From an uncultured Gammaproteobacteria bacterium (lineage in GTDB: Bacteria > Patescibacteriota > Microgenomatia > UBA12405), in the NCBI GenBank assembly GCA_964497945.1, contig CAZCFJ010000001.1, positions 1 through 63,153 of the forward strand: DNA of 63,153 bases. The letters run 5' to 3'. A model generated the notes under the pieces. The model saw only the letters and a list, made by a program, of their open reading frames with translations, was not told the origin of the DNA and did not search any database. Numbering within the stretch: the first letter of the stretch is position 1; each line of letters opens with the position of its first letter. Made by a program: the position numbers and the translations under genes. Positions 19,186 to 27,376 of this stretch are shown here, in pieces.

Positions 19186-20211
19186 ATGCCAAAAGCAGTT
19201 AAAGTAACTTTTACTTTCGTTTTAGTCCTAGTTTGTCTTTCATTTGGGATTTTTTATTCTGCTATAAATTTACTGGCTAAAAAATTAAATCAAACACCAA
19301 ATCATCTGACTAATTTTATTCAACAAATTACTCAACCAAATCCTTATAAAAACCAAGATAAAGTCAATTTTATAATTCTTGGTCTTGATAAACGTGATGA
19401 CTCGCTGGAAAAGACCGAAACTACCGATACTCTTATTTTTGCCTCATTAAACCGCAAAGATAATAAAATTAATCTCATTTCTATTCCTCGCGATCTCTGG
19501 TTTTATGACTTAAATGCCAAAATTAACGAAATTTATCCTTTATCTCTTAAAGAAACAGACAAATTCTCGTTTATTAAAGATAAATTTCAAAAACTAACTG
19601 GGCAAAAAATTGATCATGTTTTAATTCTGACTACCGATAATCTAATTCAATTTGTAAATTTAATTGGTGGTGTTGATGTTAATCTAGAAACTGGTTTTAT
19701 TGATAAACAATATCCTAATCCAGATTATATTAAAGATCCAAAATCTGGTGCTCCAATTTATAAAACCATTGAGTTTAAAGCCGGTCAAGTTCACTTAGAT
19801 CAATCAAACATAACTGAATTTGTTCGTTCTCGTCATGGCGGCGAAACTGCTGCTCAAGGTGGCACTGATTTAGGTAGAATTCAACGTCAACAATTGGTTA
19901 TTCAAGCTATTTTAGATAAAATTAAAAGCGGTACTTTTATTCAAAAATCATCACAAATATTTGATCTCTATCGTCTTTGGAATGAAAATATCATCAAAGA
20001 TATCTCTGACATTCAAGTTTTTCAAATTTTTGCTTCAATTGCCGAGAATTTATCAAAAATTTCTCTCAATAAAATTGAAATTAAAGTTGGTACCACCACC
20101 AAAGACGGTCTCATCTATCACCCAACTACTTTTGTCAATAAACAATGGGTTTTTGTTCCTGCCGATAAAGAATATAAAGCTTTTCAACAATTTTTCTCCG
20201 ACTCCATCTAA
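19186..20211 (+). CDS. LytR-CpsA-Psr (LCP) family glycopolymer-to-peptidoglycan ligase
   Basis: N-terminal TM segment, then TDTLIFASLNRKDNKINLISIPRDLW and RSRHG..GTDLGRIQRQQ. Confidence 0.85.
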   Translation: MPKAVKVTFTFVLVLVCLSFGIFYSAINLLAKKLNQTPNHLTNFIQQITQPNPYKNQDKVNFIILGLDKRDDSLEKTETTDTLIFASLNRKDNKINLISIPRDLWFYDLNAKINEIYPLSLKETDKFSFIKDKFQKLTGQKIDHVLILTTDNLIQFVNLIGGVDVNLETGFIDKQYPNPDYIKDPKSGAPIYKTIEFKAGQVHLDQSNITEFVRSRHGGETAAQGGTDLGRIQRQQLVIQAILDKIKSGTFIQKSSQIFDLYRLWNENIIKDISDIQVFQIFASIAENLSKISLNKIEIKVGTTTKDGLIYHPTTFVNKQWVFVPADKEYKAFQQFFSDSI

Positions 20212-20261
20212 CTATTTTTGGTTTTTCTATCATCTGAGATCTACGATCTAATATCTAACTT

Positions 20262-20270
20262 TGCTATACT
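20262..20270 (+). promoter_or_regulatory. Candidate extended -10 promoter (TGcTATACT) for the 20317-23545 operon
   Basis: tgctatact read directly, about 46 nt upstream of ATG 20317. Confidence 0.35.
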
Positions 20271-20276
20271 GAATTA

Positions 20277-20305
20277 TTACTAATTCACTATTTACTAATT
20301 AACTA
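20277..20305 (+). repeat. Direct repeat ttactaattCacta / ttactaattAacta (14 nt, 1 mismatch, 15-nt period) in the 5' leader of the 20317 operon
   Basis: Read directly at 20277-20290 and 20292-20305. Confidence 0.6.
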
Positions 20306-20316
20306 CTCAAATACCT

Positions 20317-20808
20317 ATGGATATACCAAATTTATCAACCACACCCAATGTTAATCCAATTAATAATGATTCTCTAAAACTTCCCAAAACACCGAAGTTG
20401 ATTTATGCCATTGTCATTATTTTGGCTATTACTTCTGGTTTTTGGATTTCTCGTTTCTGGCCAACCAAAACTGCCTCTAATCAAATCAGCTCTTCAGAAA
20501 GTTTAGTTAATAATCAAGCCGCCCAAATCGCCGAAGGTGAGCAAGTCAAAGTCGGTGTTCTTTATGGCAATACTAGTAAAACTTTTGCCGATAGCGCTAC
20601 TGGCACTGTTAAAGCTGGCGGAGTTAATGGAGAGGGAACTCATACTCTTGAACGTGAAGGTGGTAAAACTCAAAATGCCGCCCTTACCTCATCGGTCATC
20701 GATCTTGATCTATTCATTGATAAGAAAGTTGAAGTTAAAGGTGAAACCAACGATTCCAATAAAGCTGGTTGGCTTATGGATGTTGGCAGCATCAAAATTC
20801 TTGAATAA
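20317..20808 (+). CDS. Hypothetical membrane-anchored extracytoplasmic protein (163 aa)
   Basis: ORF with one TM segment (LIYAIVIILAITSGFWI), ending 2 nt upstream of ftsE. Confidence 0.5.
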   Translation: MDIPNLSTTPNVNPINNDSLKLPKTPKLIYAIVIILAITSGFWISRFWPTKTASNQISSSESLVNNQAAQIAEGEQVKVGVLYGNTSKTFADSATGTVKAGGVNGEGTHTLEREGGKTQNAALTSSVIDLDLFIDKKVEVKGETNDSNKAGWLMDVGSIKILE

Positions 20809-20810
20809 AA

Positions 20811-21500
20811 ATGAAAATAGTTTTTGACAAAGTTGATAAAAATTTTGGCCCGATCGCCGCTCTAAAAGGCATTAGTTTTACTGTCGATCAGGGTGATTTT
20901 ATTTTTATTGTTGGTCCATCAGGTGCTGGTAAATCAACCATTCTCAAACTTATTCTAAATCAAATTAAGCCTAGCTTTGGCCAAATTACGATTGATGATA
21001 TTGATTTAGCTTTTGGCAAAAAGGATTCAATCGATCATATTCGTCGTCAAATTGGCGTCATCTTTCAGGATTATCAACTCATTATGGATAAATCCGTCGA
21101 AGAAAATATTGCCTTAAGTCTAGATATTATTTCCTTTCCAAAAGATAAAGTTGCCTCAAAAATAGATGAAGTTATCAAGCAAGTCAATTTAAACAATCGT
21201 CGATTTTTATTCCCTTCACAATTATCCGGTGGGGAACTTCAACGAGCTGCTTTAGCTCGAGCTTTAGCTATCGAACCAAAAGTAATTTTAGCCGATGAAC
21301 CGACTGGTAATTTAGACGCTGAAAACTCCTGGAATTTAGTCAAGCTGCTCAAAGATATTAATCAAAAAAGTAATACTACTATTATCATGACTACCCACAA
21401 TCAAGAAATTGTTGATTCTTTAGGAAAAAGATGTATTGAAGTTAAAGATGGAGAAATCCTTAAAAAATCTATTCATTCAAAAAAACATGACCACAGTTAA
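20811..21500 (+). CDS. ftsE: Cell-division ABC ATPase FtsE
   Basis: Walker A GPSGAGKST, ABC signature LSGGELQRAALARAL, Walker B ILADEPTGNLD. Followed by ftsX. Confidence 0.9.
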   Translation: MKIVFDKVDKNFGPIAALKGISFTVDQGDFIFIVGPSGAGKSTILKLILNQIKPSFGQITIDDIDLAFGKKDSIDHIRRQIGVIFQDYQLIMDKSVEENIALSLDIISFPKDKVASKIDEVIKQVNLNNRRFLFPSQLSGGELQRAALARALAIEPKVILADEPTGNLDAENSWNLVKLLKDINQKSNTTIIMTTHNQEIVDSLGKRCIEVKDGEILKKSIHSKKHDHS

Positions 21501-22359
21501 CACTACTTGGCACCATATTCGTCGTTCACCAATTCAAAGTTTTACTGCTTTGATCTTGATGATTTTTAGTTTTGTCTTAATCTCGGCTTTTTTGGTCGTT
21601 AGTTCTGGTCTAGCTAAGGTTCTTGATTATTTCGAGACCAAACCAGAAATTACAATTTTCATCAAAGATAACCTTGACGCTTCAATTATTGAAAATACCA
21701 AACAAGATTTATCAAATTATTCCGGTATTAAGGAAGTTAAATATATTTCCAAAGAAAAAGCTCTAGAAATTTATAAACAACAAAATAAAGATAACCCGAT
21801 GTTAACCGAAATGGTTACTGCTAACATTTTACCTGCTTCATTCGAAGTTACTGTTTCCGATGCCTCTGTTTTAGAAAAAATTTATCAAAATTATGCCACT
21901 AAAACTGATGTTGTTGATGAAATTATTTATCAAAAAGATGTTATTAGTTCACTTTTAGACTGGACTAAAATTATTCGTAAAAGTGGCTTAACAATCACAA
22001 TTATAGTCATTCTTATTAGTTTCTTTTCAGTTTCTTCTATCATTGGTATGAAAACTACTAATAGAAAAGATGAAATAAAAATTAGTCGTCTTTTAGGTGC
22101 CTCCAATTTTTATGTCAAAAAACCATTTTTAGTCGAAGGTTTATTTTATGGTTTCTTTGGTAGTCTAGTTGGTACTTTGTTTGTTTTTATTACTGTTATT
22201 GTCTTTAGACAATCTATAAATTCATTCTTTAATCCAGTTGATTTTATTACTAATGATTTCGGTCTATATGGTATTGCCTTGGCTGTTGAAATTATCTTCG
22301 GTTGTCTGATTGGTCTTTTAGCCAGCCTTATTGGTGTTAAAAGATACATCAAATTTTAA
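21487..22359 (+). CDS. ftsX: Cell-division permease-like protein FtsX
   Basis: Four-TM FtsX topology with a large first extracytoplasmic loop. ATG 21487 gives a 14-nt overlap with ftsE. Confidence 0.85.
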   Translation: MTTVNTTWHHIRRSPIQSFTALILMIFSFVLISAFLVVSSGLAKVLDYFETKPEITIFIKDNLDASIIENTKQDLSNYSGIKEVKYISKEKALEIYKQQNKDNPMLTEMVTANILPASFEVTVSDASVLEKIYQNYATKTDVVDEIIYQKDVISSLLDWTKIIRKSGLTITIIVILISFFSVSSIIGMKTTNRKDEIKISRLLGASNFYVKKPFLVEGLFYGFFGSLVGTLFVFITVIVFRQSINSFFNPVDFITNDFGLYGIALAVEIIFGCLIGLLASLIGVKRYIKF

Positions 22360-22363
22360 TCTG

Positions 22364-23545
22364 ATGCTCAAAAAGTTAATCTTATTGGTTCTAACTGCTT
22401 TTTTTTTAATCACTCCTATTTTAGTTTTAGCCGATAACACCGAAGATTTGCAAAATCAAATTGAGCAATATACCAAAAAACTTAATGAACTCGGTACTGC
22501 TAAAAACACTCTTTCTAATCAAATTAAATTACTTGATTCTCAATATCAACTAACTTTACTTAAAATTACTCAAACAGAGAATTCAATTAAAATATTAGAG
22601 AAAGAAATCGCCCAATTAAGCACAGAAATTGGTAAACTCGAAATCCAAATTAATCAATTGTCAGCCGAATATATCCATCAAACCGTCCAAAATTATAAAC
22701 TCCAAAAACGTATCCCTTCATTCGCTTACATTTTTACTTCCAATTTAAACGGTTTTTTAGAGCAACATGAATATATTTCTGCTATTCAAAAAAATAGTCA
22801 AAATAATTTAATTAGTTTAGAAACCGTTCGTTACAATTACGATGAACAAAAAACTGCCAAAGCTAAGAAACAAGATGAACTTAAAACACTTCAAGATACC
22901 CTTGATAGCCAGAAAAAAAGCTTAACTAGCCAAAAAACATCAAAAAATAATCTTCTAGAATCAACTAAAAATGATGAAAAAAAATATCAATCACTCCTAG
23001 CTGAAGCTCAATCTCAACTCGCCGCTCTCAAAAACTTTTCTAGTGCTGCTGGTGGCAGTACTTGTCTTGGTTCAGTTCCTGGTTCTGGTAGTGATGGTAA
23101 TTTTTATTCTCAACGTGATCCTCGATGGTGTAGTCAATATATTGGTAATTCTCATGACACTATTGGTTCTGTTGGATGCTTTATTAGTAGTATTTCCATG
23201 GTTTATAAAAAATTAGGTAACAATATCACTCCATCAGCTTACGCTGCTAATTCTAGTAATTTTTGGGGTAATACTGCCTATATGGCCACACCAAATCCTC
23301 CTAGTGGTTACACTTATAAACAAGTCTCATATAATAGTGGTGTTATCGACGACGAATTAAAAGCTGGTCGTTATGTTATTGCCCAAATGAAAATGTCTAA
23401 TGTTGCTGGAATGCATTTTATTGTTATTATTAGCGGTAGTAATGGCAATTACAAAATTCACGATCCTTGGTTTGGCGCTGATCAAAATTTTTCTGATCGT
23501 TATTCCCCAGCATTAGTTATGAGTCTCCGACTTATAACTAAATAA
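22364..23545 (+). CDS. Secreted coiled-coil protein with a C-terminal C39/CHAP-like cysteine peptidase domain (PcsB/CwlO/RipC-like FtsEX partner)
   Basis: Signal peptide (MLKKLILLVLTAFFLITPILVLA) and about 200 aa of heptad-rich sequence. C-terminal Cys/His/Asp candidates are GSVGCFISSISMVY, GMHFIVI and IHDPW. Confidence 0.6.
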   Translation: MLKKLILLVLTAFFLITPILVLADNTEDLQNQIEQYTKKLNELGTAKNTLSNQIKLLDSQYQLTLLKITQTENSIKILEKEIAQLSTEIGKLEIQINQLSAEYIHQTVQNYKLQKRIPSFAYIFTSNLNGFLEQHEYISAIQKNSQNNLISLETVRYNYDEQKTAKAKKQDELKTLQDTLDSQKKSLTSQKTSKNNLLESTKNDEKKYQSLLAEAQSQLAALKNFSSAAGGSTCLGSVPGSGSDGNFYSQRDPRWCSQYIGNSHDTIGSVGCFISSISMVYKKLGNNITPSAYAANSSNFWGNTAYMATPNPPSGYTYKQVSYNSGVIDDELKAGRYVIAQMKMSNVAGMHFIVIISGSNGNYKIHDPWFGADQNFSDRYSPALVMSLRLITK

Positions 23546-23579
23546 CTTCAGCCAAAGGCTGATCCGCCTCTGGCGGAAA

Positions 23580-23612
23580 AATCCCCTGTCTTTCGACAGG
23601 GGATTAATTTTT
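23580..23612. terminator. Bidirectional intrinsic terminator between convergent genes
   Basis: 11-bp stem aatcccctgtc/gacaggggatt with loop tttc. It is flanked by aaaaa on the 5' side and aattttt on the 3' side, giving a U-tract on both strands. Two small GC hairpins precede it (23548-23562 and 23564-23576). Confidence 0.75.
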
Positions 23613-23634
23613 ATATGTTTTTCTAAGATCTAAA

Positions 23635-24264
23635 TTAGAAACCTCGGATTTTCTTTCTTAAAGCCAATCCTGAAATACCGGCAGTAATTACACCAATAGT
23701 TTCAAGAACCAAAGCTGGATTACCAGTTTCTGGAACAATCACACCACTTCTGGTTCCAATATAATAAGTGGCATCATCTTTTTCGTTGATACCGTCAACA
23801 CTAGCTTTAGCTACGTTTGTTTCTTTAGCTAAAGTTTTAACTTCCTCAGCCTTATCAATTTTAGCTCTAATTAAAAATTCTCGAGAATCTCCGGCATTAA
23901 GTTCATCAATAGTCCATTCAATTTTATTATCAGTACTATTGTAGGTACCTGGAAAGAAGATTAATTTTAAAAATGGAGGTAATTCATCGGTTACCTTGAT
24001 ATTTTTCATCTTGGTAGTACCAGTATTAGTTACTTTCACTTTAAATTCCAAAACATCATCTTCAATAAAAACTTTTGTCGAACTAGAAATATTATCGACA
24101 TAATCTGAAGAGTGAATTGGTCTTAATTTCTTATCAATGGACAGAGTTTTTCTATTATCCTCACTTGAATAAGAATCTGCCTTAACTTTGGCAGGATTCA
24201 AAGAAGATCCAACCACTAAAGTGGCCAAAGTAGCAACTAAAAATAAACCTTTATTTAATTTCAT
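23635..24264 (-). CDS. Surface protein with a DUF11-type repeat domain and a C-terminal PETG sortase sorting signal
   Basis: Signal peptide and KVKVTNTGTTKMKNIKVTDELPPFL (DUF11-like). The C-terminus is VPETG, then a hydrophobic stretch, then RKKIRGF. Confidence 0.7.
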   Translation of the reverse strand: MKLNKGLFLVATLATLVVGSSLNPAKVKADSYSSEDNRKTLSIDKKLRPIHSSDYVDNISSSTKVFIEDDVLEFKVKVTNTGTTKMKNIKVTDELPPFLKLIFFPGTYNSTDNKIEWTIDELNAGDSREFLIRAKIDKAEEVKTLAKETNVAKASVDGINEKDDATYYIGTRSGVIVPETGNPALVLETIGVITAGISGLALRKKIRGF

Positions 24265-24356
24265 TATTATCTATCTAATAAATAATTATAGGCCATTATA
24301 TAAGCAAAACGTCTATTTGTCAAGTTAATCCATATATTCACCAAACCAGATACTTT

Positions 24357-24365
24357 TGTTATACT
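24357..24365 (+). promoter_or_regulatory. Candidate extended -10 promoter (TGtTATACT) at the head of the glycosylation cluster
   Basis: tgttatact ends 10 nt before ATG 24376. A ttcacc -35 candidate lies 17 nt upstream (24337-24342). Confidence 0.4.
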
Positions 24366-24375
24366 CATATTTAGT

Positions 24376-25104
24376 ATGAACAAACCTATTATTGATGAGT
24401 TATCTGTCTTCTTCCCTTGTTATAACGAAGAAAAAAATATCCAAAATACTGTCTCCAAAGCTGTTCCTGTGTTAAACAGATTAGTCAAAAAATGGGAAAT
24501 TATTCTTATTAATGATGGTTCAAAAGATAAAACTGGCCAAGTTTTAGAGAAAATTCAAAAACAATATCCAAAACAAGTTAAAATCATTACCCATAATCCC
24601 AATCGCGGCTACGGTGGCGCTCTCAAAAGTGGTCTTTATAATTCCCAGTATCAATGGATTACTTTTACCGATTCCGATGGTCAATTCGATTTTTCTGAGA
24701 TTTCTAATTTGATCAAAAAACAACAAGAGACCAAAGCCGATGTTGTCATTGGTTATTATCTTTCCCGTCAAGTTTCCAAAAGTACTATTATCACTTCAAA
24801 AATTTGGGAGTTAATCGTTTTTGTTCTTTTTGGTCTCAAAGTTACCGATATTGATTGCGGCTTTAAATTAATCAATAAAAAAGTCGTTGATACAATTCCC
24901 AAGCTCGAAGCCGAAAGGGGGGCCTTCATTAGTAGCGAATTTTTAATTAAAGCCAAAAAATCCGGTTTTAAAATTGTCGAAATTGGTGTCCATCATTATC
25001 CGCGAACTGAGGGTAAGGCTACCGGACGAAACATTAAAGTTATTTTAAAAAGTTTTTCTGATCTTTTCCGTCTTTGGTTTAAAATTAACTTTCATCGTGC
25101 TTAA
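24376..25104 (+). CDS. GT2 glycosyltransferase, polyprenyl-phosphate sugar synthase type (DPM1/GtrB/ArnC-like)
   Basis: Contains FPCYNEEKNI, INDGSKDKTG, NRGYGGALKSG and FTDSDGQFD. Confidence 0.8.
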   Translation: MNKPIIDELSVFFPCYNEEKNIQNTVSKAVPVLNRLVKKWEIILINDGSKDKTGQVLEKIQKQYPKQVKIITHNPNRGYGGALKSGLYNSQYQWITFTDSDGQFDFSEISNLIKKQQETKADVVIGYYLSRQVSKSTIITSKIWELIVFVLFGLKVTDIDCGFKLINKKVVDTIPKLEAERGAFISSEFLIKAKKSGFKIVEIGVHHYPRTEGKATGRNIKVILKSFSDLFRLWFKINFHRA

Positions 25105-26581
25105 AATCAAAAAAATACTCTTTTCAAATTGGTTACTTATTTCCATCATCCTCTTGGGTTCTTTCCTTCGACTCTACAAAATAGGGGATTATATGGAATT
25201 TTTAGGTGATCAAGGCCGGGACGTTTATATTATTCGTGATTTTCTCAAAAATGGCAATTTATTTTTCATTGGTCCTCAAACTAGTATTGGTAACATGTAT
25301 CTTGGTCCTTGGTTTTATTATCTCATTGCTCCGGCTCTCTTAATTTCCAACTTCAATCCGGTTGGTCCAGCAATTTTTATTGCCTTAATTAATATCGCTA
25401 CTATAATTCTTATTTATTTTGTTTGTCAAAAATGGTTTAACCGATCTATTGGATTAATTTCCGCGTTTCTTTTTTCCATTTCTCCAGTGGTTATCAAATA
25501 TTCCAATTTTATTTGGAATCCCAATATTATGCCTTTTTTTGCCCTTTTATTTATCTATTTCTTCTTTGAAGCCATTTTTAAAAATCATTACAAGCTCTTT
25601 ATTTATGCCTCCATCGCCTTTGTTATGGCTATTAATAGCCATTATCTGGGTTTAGCCTTATTACCTTTGCCCGGTATTTGTTGGTTTTTTTTACTTATCA
25701 AGTTTATTAAATCCAAATCAAAATACCTTAAACCATTTCTCCTTAACTCATTTTTTGCTTTATTAGTCTTTATTATTTCTCTTACTCCTCAAATTCTTTT
25801 TGATATTAAACATAACGGCCAAAATATTAATGCCTTGTTCCATTTCTTTACCTACCGCGAAACTACTGTCAATATCAAACCATACAAGGCAATTCCCCAA
25901 CTGCCGGCAATTTTTAATCAAATCAATACCGACCTCATCTCTGGTTGTCAAATTATCCCGGGGATTATCATTAGTTTCGTCCTCATCACTCTAATCACCA
26001 TCTATCTTTTCCGGAAAAAATTAACCAATAAACACTATCTTATTATTTTAGGTTGGTATTTTTTTGGTTTAGTTTCCTTAGGCCTTTATAAACAACATCT
26101 TTATGCCCATTACTTTGGGTTTTTGTTTCCTGCTATTTTTATTATTGTCGGAGTTTTGATTAATAAATTTAAAATTGTTGGTATACCGCTCCTAATCTTT
26201 ATTACTTATTTATCGTTTACTAATAATCTATTTATTCAAAAGCCAAATTACCAGCTTCAACACGCCAAAAATATAGGTACCGCCATTAATAATCATCTCT
26301 ATTCGAATGATGGTTTATACAATATATCAATGTTAGCCTCATACAATGATTTCCGGGCTCAAGCCCCCAGATACTTTGTCAATCAAAATCAACTTTTATC
26401 AATGGAGGAATATTCTTCGGCCAAAACTTTATTTATCATTGTTGATGACCCATCAAAATGGCCCGATAATATTAACTCCGATATTTGGGAAATAAATGTT
26501 TTTAAAGAAAATTCCCAATATAAAGTAACTGAAGAATTTACTAGTTCCGACAATACAAAAATTTTTAAATTATCAAAATAA
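25097..26581 (+). CDS. Polytopic membrane protein, GT-C-fold glycosyltransferase-like (ArnT/PMT_2-like)
   Basis: At least 10 predicted TM segments, the first-loop acidic motif FLGDQGRDVYI, and a soluble C-terminal tail. The GTG start overlaps the upstream GT2 gene by 8 nt. Confidence 0.6.
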   Translation: MLKIKKILFSNWLLISIILLGSFLRLYKIGDYMEFLGDQGRDVYIIRDFLKNGNLFFIGPQTSIGNMYLGPWFYYLIAPALLISNFNPVGPAIFIALINIATIILIYFVCQKWFNRSIGLISAFLFSISPVVIKYSNFIWNPNIMPFFALLFIYFFFEAIFKNHYKLFIYASIAFVMAINSHYLGLALLPLPGICWFFLLIKFIKSKSKYLKPFLLNSFFALLVFIISLTPQILFDIKHNGQNINALFHFFTYRETTVNIKPYKAIPQLPAIFNQINTDLISGCQIIPGIIISFVLITLITIYLFRKKLTNKHYLIILGWYFFGLVSLGLYKQHLYAHYFGFLFPAIFIIVGVLINKFKIVGIPLLIFITYLSFTNNLFIQKPNYQLQHAKNIGTAINNHLYSNDGLYNISMLASYNDFRAQAPRYFVNQNQLLSMEEYSSAKTLFIIVDDPSKWPDNINSDIWEINVFKENSQYKVTEEFTSSDNTKIFKLSK

Positions 26582-26596
26582 ATTCAACTTATTTTG

Positions 26597-26602
26597 TATA
26601 AT
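26597..26602 (+). promoter_or_regulatory. Candidate internal -10 box (TATAAT) 6 nt upstream of ATG 26609
   Basis: ttgTATAATaaaactATG read directly. Confidence 0.3.
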
Positions 26603-26608
26603 AAAACT

Positions 26609-27376
26609 ATGAATCAATTATCTATTGTTATTCCTTGCTATAACGAAGAAAATAATCTCAAAAGAGGCGTTTTAAATCAAGTCTATGATTTTCTAAAAAA
26701 TCAGAAATTCAACTGGGAGGTTTTAGTTTGTAATGATGAATCTACTGATAATAGTCTTAAATTAATTCAAGAATTTGTTACTAAACACAAGGGTTTTCGA
26801 GTTTTAGATTTACCTCATGGTGGTAAACCATCGGCAGTTTGGGGCGGTATTCAACAAGCTAAATATCCTATTGTCTTATTTACCGACATGGATCAGTCCA
26901 CTCCTCTCAAAGAATCACTTAAATTACTGCCTTATTTTGACCAAGGATACGATGTTGTTATTGGTTCACGCGGTATTAATCGCGAAGGCAATTCTCTAAT
27001 CAGAAAAATCATGGCCCGTGGATTTCTTTTGGGTCGTCGATTATTTTTATTGTCCAATATTATTGACACCCAATGTGGTTTTAAAGCTATTAAAACTGAT
27101 TTAGCCAAAAAAATCTTTCCTAATCTCCAATTCTTTAAAGACAAAAGTGATACCAAAGGCTGGCGGGTTTCTGCCTTCGATGTCGAATTGCTTTTCATGG
27201 CTCAGAAATGGGGTTACAAAATCAAAGAAGTTTTAGTCGATTGGAAAAACGAAGATTCTAGCACTACCAAAGGTGACGATTCCAAACGCTTCAAAAAAGA
27301 ATCAAAACAGATGCTCCAGGAAATTATTCGGGTCAAACGTAATGACCTTCGTGGTTTATATGATCAAAAAAAATAA
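26609..27376 (+). CDS. GT2 glycosyltransferase, polyprenyl-phosphate sugar synthase type
   Basis: Contains IPCYNEENNL, CNDESTDNS, FTDMDQSTP and DTQCGFKAI. Confidence 0.8.
   Translation: MNQLSIVIPCYNEENNLKRGVLNQVYDFLKNQKFNWEVLVCNDESTDNSLKLIQEFVTKHKGFRVLDLPHGGKPSAVWGGIQQAKYPIVLFTDMDQSTPLKESLKLLPYFDQGYDVVIGSRGINREGNSLIRKIMARGFLLGRRLFLLSNIIDTQCGFKAIKTDLAKKIFPNLQFFKDKSDTKGWRVSAFDVELLFMAQKWGYKIKEVLVDWKNEDSSTTKGDDSKRFKKESKQMLQEIIRVKRNDLRGLYDQKK

Noticed and set aside
24265-24375. Genomic-island boundary (att site or direct repeats) at the start of the glycosylation cluster
   Set aside because: The region looks like an ordinary divergent promoter region. There is no flanking tRNA, no integrase, and no repeat matching the distal end near 63 kb, so horizontal transfer cannot be supported from the sequence alone.
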